DNA from: Treponemataceae bacterium | GTDB lineage: Bacteria > Spirochaetota > Spirochaetia > Treponematales > Rectinemataceae | NCBI GenBank assembly: GCA_963667725.2 | Contig: CAXXHO010000005.1 | Span: 192,001 to 256,000, forward strand | Direction of reading: 5' to 3' | DNA length: 64,000 nucleotides | Shown: positions 9,816-18,837 of the stretch, piece after piece | How the letters are laid out: each line of letters starts with the position of its first letter | Numbering within the stretch: position 1 is the first letter of the stretch | Notes under the pieces: generated by a model | Database searches by the model: none | Seen by the model: the letters and a program-made list of their open reading frames with translations, nothing else | What the model was told of the DNA's origin: nothing | Translations under genes and position numbers: made by a program

Positions 9816-11195
9816 ATGAAAACGAAGGTACTTATCGTCGACGACGAGCAGCCCATGAGGGCTTCGCTCGGCGAACTCTTGCAGAGTGAAGGCTACCAGA
9901 CGATGTTGGCGGACGGCGCATCTTCCGCGCTCGAACAGACCAGCGACGGCCATCCCGACATAGCCATCGTGGACGTGCGCATGCCGGGCCGCGGCGGCCT
10001 AGACCTCATCCAGGAGCTCCGCGATATATCCCCCAACCTCAGGATTTTCATGATGACAGGCTACCCGTCCGTGGAAACCGCGGTGTTGGCCATGAAATAC
10101 GGCGCAATGGACTTTTTCACCAAGCCGCTGGATTTCAGGAAGCTGCGTGACCAGCTGAATCAATGCAAAATGGCAGGCGCCAATCAGCAGCCGGAAACGC
10201 CCAATCATGCCGTCGGCGCCCTCTACGGAGAAAGCCTGGTCATTCGCGAACTGCGGGAATCGATCGAGCGCATCGCCCCCACGGAAGCCTCCGTCATCAT
10301 CACGGGCGAAAGCGGCACGGGAAAAGAATTAGTAGCCGAAGCCATACACAGCCAATCACTGCGTTCCGCCCATCCTTTCATGAAGATCAACTGCGCGGCG
10401 ATACCTGACACACTTCTCGAAAGCGAGCTGTTCGGCTATGAAAAAGGTGCCTTCACGGGCGCTCTTGCCCGAAAAGCGGGGCTTTTCGAAAGCGCCAGTC
10501 AGGGCAGCGTCTTCCTCGATGAAATCGGGGATATGGACATCCGCCTTCAGTCGAAACTCCTTCATATACTTCAGGGAGGGGAATTCCGCAGGTTGGGCGG
10601 CACAAAGGACCTCAACGCCAATACCCGGATCATATCGGCGACCAACCAGAACCTGCATACGCTCATCGAAAAAGGCATGTTCAGGGAAGACCTTTATTAC
10701 CGGCTCTCGGTGATATGCATCCAGACTCCCCCGCTTCGCGAGCATATAGAGGACATTCCCGCGCTCGCGAAACGCTTCGTCGCCGATTTTTCGCGTTCAT
10801 ACGGCAAGGAAGAACCCCTCATCGACGATGAGTTCCTGGCTATCCTCGAGGCGCAGCCCTGGCCCGGAAATGTCCGTGAGCTGAAAAACTGCATCGAGCG
10901 CGCCATCATCTTCTGTGACGGTCGCCATCTCGGCACTCGCCATCTTCCGCAGCAGTACAAGATGGGAATTGGCAGAAATGTGGTCGTTTCCTGTCTCGAT
11001 GAATCGAAGGAATCGGATGCATCCCGGAATTCGATGAGCGAGGCGCGGCAGGACCTGGAACGCAGCATGATTCTTGAAGCGCTCGACAAGGCAAAGGGAA
11101 ACAGGACGGAGGCCGCCAGGCTGCTTGGAATACCGCGACGAACCCTCTATAACAAGCTCGAAAGGCTTGGCATGGACGACGATGCAAGGTCTTGA
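9816..11195 (+). CDS. NtrC-family sigma54-dependent response regulator
   Basis: REC domain (IVDDE, DVRMP, FTKP), GESGTGKE, GAFTGA, FLDEIGD, WPGNVREL, Fis-type HTH. Confidence 0.96.
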   Translation: MKTKVLIVDDEQPMRASLGELLQSEGYQTMLADGASSALEQTSDGHPDIAIVDVRMPGRGGLDLIQELRDISPNLRIFMMTGYPSVETAVLAMKYGAMDFFTKPLDFRKLRDQLNQCKMAGANQQPETPNHAVGALYGESLVIRELRESIERIAPTEASVIITGESGTGKELVAEAIHSQSLRSAHPFMKINCAAIPDTLLESELFGYEKGAFTGALARKAGLFESASQGSVFLDEIGDMDIRLQSKLLHILQGGEFRRLGGTKDLNANTRIISATNQNLHTLIEKGMFREDLYYRLSVICIQTPPLREHIEDIPALAKRFVADFSRSYGKEEPLIDDEFLAILEAQPWPGNVRELKNCIERAIIFCDGRHLGTRHLPQQYKMGIGRNVVVSCLDESKESDASRNSMSEARQDLERSMILEALDKAKGNRTEAARLLGIPRRTLYNKLERLGMDDDARS

Positions 11196-13056
11196 GCTCC
11201 GTGGCGTCACGGCTTCCTACAGGGAGACGATAGCCCTCGATGAGTTCAGCCTGATAGCGGCGAGCGGCGAAGTGCATGCCATCATCGGGGAACGCAGGGC
11301 GGGAAAATCATGTATCGTTTCCCTCCTCGAAGGAAAGATGACCCTCAATAAAGGCAAGATTCTCATCGATGGCATCCCCCTGGCGAAACGCAATCCAAAG
11401 ATTATGGCCCAGGCTGGTATTGGCGTTTTCCATCAAACGCAAAACATCATTCCCACACTTTTGCCCTGGGAAAACATCATGGCCGGGAGGATGCCCATCG
11501 GTTTTTCATCGGGCAACAAGCGCGATGAAACTGAGGCCTTTATCCTGACGCTCTGCGAAAAGTGGAGTCTCCGTCCAGATCTGCGCCTGCCTATGCATCG
11601 ACTGACGAGAATAGAATCCACCGTTATCGAGCTTGGGCGAGCCTTGGCGTTCAATCCAAGGATCCTTATCCTGGATGAGCCTTCCGGTCGCTTTACCGCC
11701 GATGAGATGCAGGTCCTCTATTCCGTGCTGGCGGAAAGGCGGAGCGGCAATGAGGCAGTTCTCTATGCGGCCTCCAATGTCGACGAGGTGCTGAGGATCG
11801 CCGATATCATCTCGATTATAAAAGCGGGGAAAATTGTGGAAACCCAGCCGGCAAGAAGCCTGGACCGAGAGGACATTGTCGATCTCGCCTATTCTTTCAA
11901 CGAGTCGAGGGAAGAGCTGTTCAGCAAGAACATTCGCCTGTTGAAATACAAGAAGTACAATGAGGAAATAGTCTCCAATCTCCCGCTGGGAACGGTCTTT
12001 TTCGACGGGGAAGGCGAAATATACCTTTCCAATCAATCAGCCTGCGACATTATCTGCACGGATCCAAAAACGTTGATTCCCGCGTCAAAGGCGGGAGAAC
12101 CTGCTGCGGCGATTCCACTTACCGCCTTGGCGCTGCGGAATGGTTTCGGCGATAAACGACTGGCGCTGATCATGGATTCCATAAGATCGGGAGTATCGGC
12201 GAAATGGAAACAGTGGCCGACGGCAAACGGCAGATTCGTCAACGTGATGACCTACCCCTTCCACGATAGTTTGAAGCAGCTATTCGGAACCATCCTCGTA
12301 CTTCAGGACGTAACGGAAGAGAGGGCGACGCGGGACTATCTGGCAAGCCTTGACCGAACTTCGTCCATCGCCCAGCTGGCGACGGGCATAGTTCACGAAG
12401 TGAACAATCCTCTCGGCATCATTTCCAACTATGTGGAACTCCTGCTCATGAAGACAAACGACGAGTATGCTCGTGAAAGGCTCGAAATTATCCGAAATGA
12501 AATAAAGCGAATTCATGGAAGCATGCTCAATCTCCTGTCCTTTTCGAGCGTCGATTCGTCAGCATTGAGCCCGCATGACATCAACGCGGTCATCAAGGAT
12601 TCGCTTGTCCTGCTTGAATACGAAGCGGAACGTCTCGGCATCAGCCTGGAAGCTGATATACCTAGCGAACCGGTGATGCTGCGCATAGATCCCGCCAGAA
12701 TCAAACAAGTCCTGATCAATCTCCTCATGAATGCGCTCGATGTTGCGGGACGATGTGGTTCCATAGTAGTCCGACTTCGAAAGCAGGCCGATAATAGCGC
12801 CCTCCTGCAGGTACAGGACAGCGGCCCCGGCATCCCGCCCGCCAAGATCGCCAGTCTTTTCACGCCCTTCCTGAGCGAAAAAAGCGGAAGCGGACATGCC
12901 GGACTTGGTCTTTCAATCTGCAAGCATATAACGGAAGTCCATGGCGGCAGGATTTGGTGCGAAAGCGAACCGGGCAATACCGTCTTTTTCATTGAACTAC
13001 CCTGCGAGGGACCAATGCAGGTAAAAGGACCGCATTATGCGCAGACCGCGAATTAA
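11182..13056 (+). CDS. Soluble sensor histidine kinase with an N-terminal degenerate sugar-ABC ATPase domain and a PAS-like domain
   Basis: GERRAGKS, VFHQ, ILILDEP; then a PAS-like segment; HEVNNPL, NLLMNA, DSGPGI, FTPF, GLGLSIC. No obvious TM helix. Confidence 0.88.
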   Translation: MQGLELRGVTASYRETIALDEFSLIAASGEVHAIIGERRAGKSCIVSLLEGKMTLNKGKILIDGIPLAKRNPKIMAQAGIGVFHQTQNIIPTLLPWENIMAGRMPIGFSSGNKRDETEAFILTLCEKWSLRPDLRLPMHRLTRIESTVIELGRALAFNPRILILDEPSGRFTADEMQVLYSVLAERRSGNEAVLYAASNVDEVLRIADIISIIKAGKIVETQPARSLDREDIVDLAYSFNESREELFSKNIRLLKYKKYNEEIVSNLPLGTVFFDGEGEIYLSNQSACDIICTDPKTLIPASKAGEPAAAIPLTALALRNGFGDKRLALIMDSIRSGVSAKWKQWPTANGRFVNVMTYPFHDSLKQLFGTILVLQDVTEERATRDYLASLDRTSSIAQLATGIVHEVNNPLGIISNYVELLLMKTNDEYARERLEIIRNEIKRIHGSMLNLLSFSSVDSSALSPHDINAVIKDSLVLLEYEAERLGISLEADIPSEPVMLRIDPARIKQVLINLLMNALDVAGRCGSIVVRLRKQADNSALLQVQDSGPGIPPAKIASLFTPFLSEKSGSGHAGLGLSICKHITEVHGGRIWCESEPGNTVFFIELPCEGPMQVKGPHYAQTAN

Positions 13057-13852
13057 GCAGACGGCGCTGGATCGCATCCCCTGGTGGCTCGTCGCCATCG
13101 TAGGCCTAGGGGGCTGGCTCCTCGCGTCCGCCATGGCCACGGCCGATTATCGCGTCATATTCGGCGCCGTATCCCGCGGCCTCGGCGTCACGCTGATGGT
13201 ATCGCTCATCGCGTATGCCGCATCGATACTGTTCGGTCTAGGGCTGGGGCTTCTGCGCGCTTCGCGGCTTCGCGCCGCACGCGAAGCCGCGACCTTCTAC
13301 ATCGAGCTGGTACGCGGCCTTCCAATGCTCGTCATTCTGTACTACATAGCATTCGTTGGCGCTCCCGCCCTAGCTCAAGCGCTCAACGTCATCCTGACCC
13401 CACTCATCGCGACGGGGCTCATCGGCCGCGTCGAAGCGCGCAGCTTCGATTTCGCCACGCGCGCCGTCCTGGCCCTCACCCTCGGCTACTCGGCTTTCAT
13501 CGCGGAAATCTTCCGCGCGGGCATAGAGAGCGTGGACAAAGGCCAGGTCGAAGCCGCCGAAGCCCTCGGGATGTCACATCTTCAGGTGATGTGCCGCATC
13601 GTTCTGCCCCAAGCCATCAAGAATGTCCTGCCCGCCCTCGGCAACGAATTCGTCGCCATCATCAAGGATTCCTCCCTGGTCTCGGCCCTCGGCGTCCAGG
13701 ATATCACCCAGCTGGGCAAGGTCTATGCCGCGTCCACTTTCAAATTTTTCGAGACTTACAACGCCGTCGCGTTCTTCTACCTCTGCCTCACGCTCAGCCT
13801 ATCCCTTCTCGTGCGAGCCCTTGAAGCTCGCCTGAAAACGGGAAAACGCTGA
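13037..13852 (+). CDS. Amino-acid ABC transporter permease
   Basis: YIELVRGLP, AEIFRAGIESVDKGQVEAAEALGM, IKDSSL. Confidence 0.93.
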   Translation: MRRPRIKQTALDRIPWWLVAIVGLGGWLLASAMATADYRVIFGAVSRGLGVTLMVSLIAYAASILFGLGLGLLRASRLRAAREAATFYIELVRGLPMLVILYYIAFVGAPALAQALNVILTPLIATGLIGRVEARSFDFATRAVLALTLGYSAFIAEIFRAGIESVDKGQVEAAEALGMSHLQVMCRIVLPQAIKNVLPALGNEFVAIIKDSSLVSALGVQDITQLGKVYAASTFKFFETYNAVAFFYLCLTLSLSLLVRALEARLKTGKR

Positions 13853-13956
13853 GAAAATAATACGAATAATCCAGGTAAATATAAATGCAGGTTTCATGCT
13901 ATTATGCGTTCAGTAAAAGACCCGGTATACCGTGAGGCATGAAACCCGCGAACGAA

Positions 13957-14304
13957 TTATTGTTTTCTATAAAAGACATACTCAGAGGCTTGCCATCTAT
14001 ATTCTTCCGAAAAATACATCTCTGTGATGATATCTCCATCCAGATGGAGCATTGTCGTATCCCATCCAGGTCCCTTGCCCCATTCAATAAACAATGCTTC
14101 TTTTCCATCGCCGCTAAAATATAGCTCATGCTTTAAATGAACAAATTCGATGATATAATACAACTCACCTTCTTTTATAATTCTAATGCTGTTTGAATTG
14201 TCCTTAAGTTTCCACGTCCCCAAGAAATCATCCCTACCTTTCGCTTCAGTGAAGGAGACTACTAAAAGAACAAGGGTAATAGCTAATACGTACTTCTTTA
14301 GCAT
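13957..14304 (-). CDS. Small secreted protein, candidate immunity protein
   Basis: GGGAG RBS before ATG 14304 (alternative ATG at 14322 overlaps the upstream stop). Signal peptide, FLGTW motif, beta-rich, AT-rich DNA. Confidence 0.65.
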   Translation of the reverse strand: MLKKYVLAITLVLLVVSFTEAKGRDDFLGTWKLKDNSNSIRIIKEGELYYIIEFVHLKHELYFSGDGKEALFIEWGKGPGWDTTMLHLDGDIITEMYFSEEYRWQASEYVFYRKQ

Positions 14305-14321
14305 TCTAAACACTCCCATCA

Positions 14322-14915
14322 TTAACGATCAAAATCCCAAAAACGTGATCTATTTCCCCAACAAGCGTTTCTAGAATTTCTATACTGATAGCCCCGTGAT
14401 CCTTCCCACTTTTCTGTTGTCGGAGTTCTTCTATTCAATCCTTGATGGTATAAATCAGCAGAACCATCAGCCTTCACCCTCACAAGGGCAACATGACCAT
14501 CATCGATTATTTCGATGCTCCACCCCAGAGGTGGTTGATCCAACAATTGGTCAGATAAAATTTTCACATGCCCCGCCACGCTAGTTGAGGAAGCGGAACC
14601 CCACTGATTTGAAATGTCAGTTCCCGCCTGTTTCAAAACCGTTTCCACCCAAATGTCACAATCATTGACCCCTTCCTTGTACCTCTGGCCTTTGTTGTTG
14701 AGGCACTTGTCCTCGATGGGATCGTATTCCGGGTCGTGACAGCATCGGGGCAAACCGCCGAATATCTCGTTCATCTCCAAGGTTCCCAGGGGCAAACCAT
14801 CCAGGTCGATGACCGCCGTCAGCTCTCCGGTTAGGTCTTCGGCGGAGACCTCCAAACCGGACAGCCCGAAGAAAAACACCGCGATTAGGAGAACACAGCA
14901 GAATTTTTTCTCCAT
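14322..14915 (-). CDS. Secreted precursor: Sec signal + double-glycine-type leader + NlpC/P60-like domain (putative toxin)
   Basis: GGAGGTG RBS; signal ends VSA; LGTLEMNEIFGG; GQRY..G.NDC..V..VL..AG, PPLG, GHVALV, LYH. Confidence 0.7.
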   Translation of the reverse strand: MEKKFCCVLLIAVFFFGLSGLEVSAEDLTGELTAVIDLDGLPLGTLEMNEIFGGLPRCCHDPEYDPIEDKCLNNKGQRYKEGVNDCDIWVETVLKQAGTDISNQWGSASSTSVAGHVKILSDQLLDQPPLGWSIEIIDDGHVALVRVKADGSADLYHQGLNRRTPTTEKWEGSRGYQYRNSRNACWGNRSRFWDFDR

Positions 14916-15012
14916 CTTCACCTCCAGAAAAGATTTTTTCAAAAACCGGAAGCAACGCTTCATCTTCTACACGTGTATGCCATGAAGGTCCGCTTCAAAA
15001 GGAGGTGATGTT

Positions 15013-15609
15013 TTGTTCGTAAAGCTCGCGATTTTTCTTCTCGCATTTTCTGAAACCATCGACAAGGAATCTCTGCGCTTCGCCTATAGCACCGAACAAG
15101 GATATGACAGCTCCTGCGGCCTGACGACGCTCACCTGCCTCATGGACAGATTTTGGGGAGTTCCGGCCGATGAAACAGCCCTCGCCAAAGAATTCTTAGC
15201 CGACAAGTGGGCAACAGGAGACCTGACCGTGACTTTCGCCGAAATGGCTCGGATCCTGGAAGCAAAAGGGTTCGCGTGGAAAGCCTACAAGATGAATTTC
15301 AGGCAGCTGGAAGCGGCTACCGCCAGCTATGCGCCAGTCATCGTTCACTACGATAGACCGGAAGGACACTTTGCCCTTGTCCTCTCGCTGGACAACGGAG
15401 CGATAACCATCTCCGATCCGGCCGAGGGTACGATCGCTCTTGAGCAAGCCCGTTTCGAGTCGAGGTGGTCAGGCGCCGTGCTGGTCGCGGTCCATCCAAA
15501 GGGAGGATTGAATGAGACGCTTCTCGATCAGGCAAGCCGCAATGTTTATGGAAGAAAGATGCTGCTCGAAAGAGCGGCCCGCCGCGGGGCGGGATTCTCC
15601 TCACCATAA
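15013..15609 (+). CDS. Stand-alone C39-family cysteine peptidase (FapD-like)
   Basis: EQGYDSSCG, GHF, ISDPA, F..RWSG; no ABC transporter part; short hydrophobic N-terminus; GGAGGTG before the TTG start. Confidence 0.88.
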   Translation: MFVKLAIFLLAFSETIDKESLRFAYSTEQGYDSSCGLTTLTCLMDRFWGVPADETALAKEFLADKWATGDLTVTFAEMARILEAKGFAWKAYKMNFRQLEAATASYAPVIVHYDRPEGHFALVLSLDNGAITISDPAEGTIALEQARFESRWSGAVLVAVHPKGGLNETLLDQASRNVYGRKMLLERAARRGAGFSSP

Positions 15610-15613
15610 AACC

Positions 15614-16447
15614 TTGACGGGAAGGATCGCCGTCGCCTGCGTTCTCCTGTTGATCGCTTTACGTGTTGGAGCGCAAGCCGCGACCCATCAGCGGATCGGT
15701 GTCGAAGGAACCGCCCCCCTCATGTTGGTGGCGGGCATATCCGTCGAGACCGTCGGGATCGAAAACAAAGGAGGGACGGCTCTGGAAATCGACCCATCTT
15801 TCATTTTCGAGGCGCTCTATGGACAACGTTTCGGGCTTTCGGTTGAGGTCCCTATCGCGTTGAAGCTGGCGCTGGGCAGAAGCATCTCGCCTCGAATCGC
15901 CGCGGCGGCCGGCGACCCCGGCTTTAGCCTTTCGTATACATTTCGCGTCGATGACTGGCGGCTCGGAGTCGAACTCTCCTACAGCCATCCCCTGGGAATA
16001 TGGAACTCCTACGAAGCGGATGAGATGAACATCATGTCGGGATCAGGATATCGAAAAATCGGCGTTTCCTGTTCCTCCGTGCGCTATATGGATCCGCTCA
16101 TCGCGGGAGTCGCGATCAGCGCCGACAGCTATTTCGACAGGAAGGAACGCTACGGAAGCGGATGTCGGCCTCTCGTCCTCACGGCAAGCCTCTACGCCAC
16201 TGAGGCGCTCAACAATATCGTGGCACTTACGGGCGGACTCTCGCAGCGGCTTGCCTGGCCGCTGCGCTCGGATGAATCGCCGGCGGAAACCGGTCTGTCC
16301 TATTCGCTTTCCGGCAGGATGTCTATCGTATTCACGGAAGGAAGACGAACGACGAGCCTCGGCATATCGAAGCTTTTAAGCGCAGCTTCGTCGCCCATCG
16401 TATTCGCCGTGGGATTTATGTTCAGACTAAGCGCGAAGGAGGGTTGA
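15614..16447 (+). CDS. Putative outer-membrane beta-barrel transporter (FapF-like); start uncertain
   Basis: Signal peptide ending AQA; alternating beta strands; GDP...SY, HPLG, SGSGY...SVRYMDPL; last strand FAVGFMFRL. The ORF is open from 15512. Confidence 0.6.
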   Translation: MTGRIAVACVLLLIALRVGAQAATHQRIGVEGTAPLMLVAGISVETVGIENKGGTALEIDPSFIFEALYGQRFGLSVEVPIALKLALGRSISPRIAAAAGDPGFSLSYTFRVDDWRLGVELSYSHPLGIWNSYEADEMNIMSGSGYRKIGVSCSSVRYMDPLIAGVAISADSYFDRKERYGSGCRPLVLTASLYATEALNNIVALTGGLSQRLAWPLRSDESPAETGLSYSLSGRMSIVFTEGRRTTSLGISKLLSAASSPIVFAVGFMFRLSAKEG

Positions 16448-16450
16448 ATA

Positions 16451-16900
16451 ATGCGATACTTCAGGCACAAGAGCAGAAATGACGGAACCGAAAACGGCAA
16501 CGTTCGGAAAGACAGTCACCGCATCTCCGCGACTGCCGCGATTCACGCTTCACTCGCCCTCTGTACCGCGCTTGCTATAGCGGCCTGCCATGTCGATTCA
16601 GCGTCCTGGTATCCTTCCGGCAAGGCGACGGTGGCTGCTTTCTATGAGTACGTTTCCTCTGGCGAAAAAGCCTGCGTAGCGACGATTGAAGTCGCCAACA
16701 CCGGAAAATCAACAATCAATTCGTGTACCCTATCGGTATCGGCCACGACGGATGCCCGGACATACCATCAGACGATCATTAGGGAAATAATGATTCTCCC
16801 AGAGAAACGCGTCTACCTCACCGTGGAGATAACGTATGTGTCGGAGACCGAAACACTCGGAGAATCGGGCTTGGGCATAGTGGACGAGTATTATCTCTGA
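16451..16900 (+). CDS. Putative lipoprotein with Ig-like beta-sandwich
   Basis: Lipobox-like LAIAAC, V.NTG motif, beta-rich; AAGGAGG RBS. Confidence 0.6.
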   Translation: MRYFRHKSRNDGTENGNVRKDSHRISATAAIHASLALCTALAIAACHVDSASWYPSGKATVAAFYEYVSSGEKACVATIEVANTGKSTINSCTLSVSATTDARTYHQTIIREIMILPEKRVYLTVEITYVSETETLGESGLGIVDEYYL

Positions 16901-16915
16901 CATAGAAACCGATAC

Positions 16916-16950
16916 AAAAGGGCTGCCAGCAATCATTCCCTGGACAGCCC
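16916..16950 (-). terminator. Intrinsic terminator between convergent operons
   Basis: Minus strand reads GGGCTGTCCAG...CTGGCAGCCC followed by TTTT. Confidence 0.6.
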
Positions 16951-16984
16951 GCCTATGTCTGTCAGTAAATCCGTCAGGCCGCGG

Positions 16985-18247
16985 CTAAAGAATCCACATC
17001 ACCGAGGCCGGCACATACGTGATGATCATCAAGACCAGGATCATCGCGCCCAGGAAGGGCCAGGTTTCCTTGATCGTATCCTTGAGGTCGGCCTTCAGCA
17101 CGCGCGACGCCGTGAAGAGCGTCAGCCCGAAAGGAGGTGTGAGCATGCCGATAGCGAGGTTGGTCGTCAGAATGATGCCGAAATGCACGAGGTCGATCTG
17201 CAGCACTTCGAGTATGGGAAGCAGGAGGGGCACGAGGATGATCTGTATCGAGCCCGATTCCATGAACATGCCTGCTATCAGGACGATTATATTGACGACA
17301 AATAGAAGCGTGTACTTGTTCATGCCCAAGGAGAGTACGGCCTCGAAAGCTTTCTGGGGAATCTGCATGTAAACCATGGTCCAGGCGAATAGGGAGGCTG
17401 CCGCCACGATGATCATGATGCCCGCCGAACTGATAGCCGACTGGAGGAAGATGCCGGGCAACTCCTTCAGCTTTATTTCCTTGAACACGAAAACGCCGAT
17501 TATTATTGAATAGATGACGGCCGCGACCGCGGATTCGGTGGGGGTGAAGACGCCGAGGAATACGCCGCCCACGATGATGACGGGCGTGCCGAGGGCGACA
17601 AGGGTGTCGATCACGACTTCCTTCACTGACTTGGTGCCTAAGCCTTTGGATTCGCGCGGGATCCTGTGTTTTTTCGCGGTGAAAAAGGTGACGATCATCA
17701 AGGCGCCGCCGACCATGACTCCGGCCGGAAATCCGACTCTATAGAGCTGGCCTACAGAAGCCTTGGAGAGGGTTCCGTAGATGATAAAGGCTATGCTCGG
17801 GGGGATTATGATGCCTATCGGGCTCGCCGAACCCACGATGGCCGACGCGTAGGCGGGTTTGTATCCGTGGTCCTTGAAGCCCGAAATCATGACGCCGCCT
17901 ATGGCGGCCGCCGTGGCGATGCCAGAGCCCGAGATGGCGGCGAAGAGCATGCAGGCAAGGATGGCCGTCATGCCCATGCCTCCCGTCACCTTCGATACGA
18001 AGAGGCCCGCGAAACCGATGAGGCGCTTCGCCAGGCCGCCTTTGTTCATGAGGTCGCCGGCGAGGATGAAGAAGGGAATGGCAAGCAAAGCCGCGGAATC
18101 GATGCTCGCGAAAAAGCGCTGTACCGCCGTTGTGGCATTGATGCCCGAAGCGAAAATGGTGACGAGGGCCGAGCCGCCCATGGCCGTGACGATGGGAGCG
18201 CCCACAGCGAGAAGCATGAGGACGGAACCGAAGAGCAGCAGGGTCAT
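16985..18247 (-). CDS. dctM: TRAP transporter large permease
   Basis: LLAIPFFILAGDLM, ISGSG.A, IIPPS, FTPTES, TPPFG. Confidence 0.95.
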   Translation of the reverse strand: MTLLLFGSVLMLLAVGAPIVTAMGGSALVTIFASGINATTAVQRFFASIDSAALLAIPFFILAGDLMNKGGLAKRLIGFAGLFVSKVTGGMGMTAILACMLFAAISGSGIATAAAIGGVMISGFKDHGYKPAYASAIVGSASPIGIIIPPSIAFIIYGTLSKASVGQLYRVGFPAGVMVGGALMIVTFFTAKKHRIPRESKGLGTKSVKEVVIDTLVALGTPVIIVGGVFLGVFTPTESAVAAVIYSIIIGVFVFKEIKLKELPGIFLQSAISSAGIMIIVAAASLFAWTMVYMQIPQKAFEAVLSLGMNKYTLLFVVNIIVLIAGMFMESGSIQIILVPLLLPILEVLQIDLVHFGIILTTNLAIGMLTPPFGLTLFTASRVLKADLKDTIKETWPFLGAMILVLMIITYVPASVMWIL

Positions 18248-18741
18248 GCCTTAGCCTCCTGTACGGACTTCGCTTCCTGCACTCCCTTGAGAATTCCTAC
18301 GAAGGTCTGGAATATGAAGACTCCGAAGGCAGGCGGGAAAATCCAGTATACCCAACGTTTGGGTATGCGCATGTTGGTGCTCACCTGGGTGCCGGCGAGC
18401 TTGATGAATTTAAAGGCGATGAAAAACATCGCGACGAAGAATATGAGGGAGAGGAGTTGCTGAAAAACGAGGAGCCAAGCCTTGGGAGCCTTGGGCAGGT
18501 ACTCCTCGAGCACGCTCACGTTGATATGGCTCCTGCGCTTGGCTATCATCGCCGCGCCGATCATGACTGCCCAGATATCGGCGTAGCGAGTGAGCTCTTC
18601 CGTCCACATCAGGCCCGTTCCGAAAACATATCTCAACAAAATCTGCGTGGCATAGGTGGCCGTCATCAACATGAACAGCGTGACGATGACCCAGCCGCAT
18701 ATCTTGTCAAGGATGTCACTGGTTCTCAGCAACGCTTTCAT
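18244..18741 (-). CDS. dctQ: TRAP transporter small permease
   Basis: Four TM segments, WTEELTRY, HINV; AAGGAG RBS before ATG 18741. Confidence 0.92.
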   Translation of the reverse strand: MKALLRTSDILDKICGWVIVTLFMLMTATYATQILLRYVFGTGLMWTEELTRYADIWAVMIGAAMIAKRRSHINVSVLEEYLPKAPKAWLLVFQQLLSLIFFVAMFFIAFKFIKLAGTQVSTNMRIPKRWVYWIFPPAFGVFIFQTFVGILKGVQEAKSVQEAKA

Positions 18742-18837
18742 ATCGATACTCCTTGCGTTAGGCATGCGAGAAAAGGCTGTCCTGGAAGTTGGTCGCTACC
18801 GGGGCAGCCCCTCAAGAAAATTATTTACTGGTCTCGA

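Noticed and set aside
16916..18812. Similar GGCTGYCC hairpins at ~16920, ~18775 and ~62760 as a REP-like family
   Set aside because: Only short stems are shared and the loops differ; ordinary terminators or stabilisers explain them.
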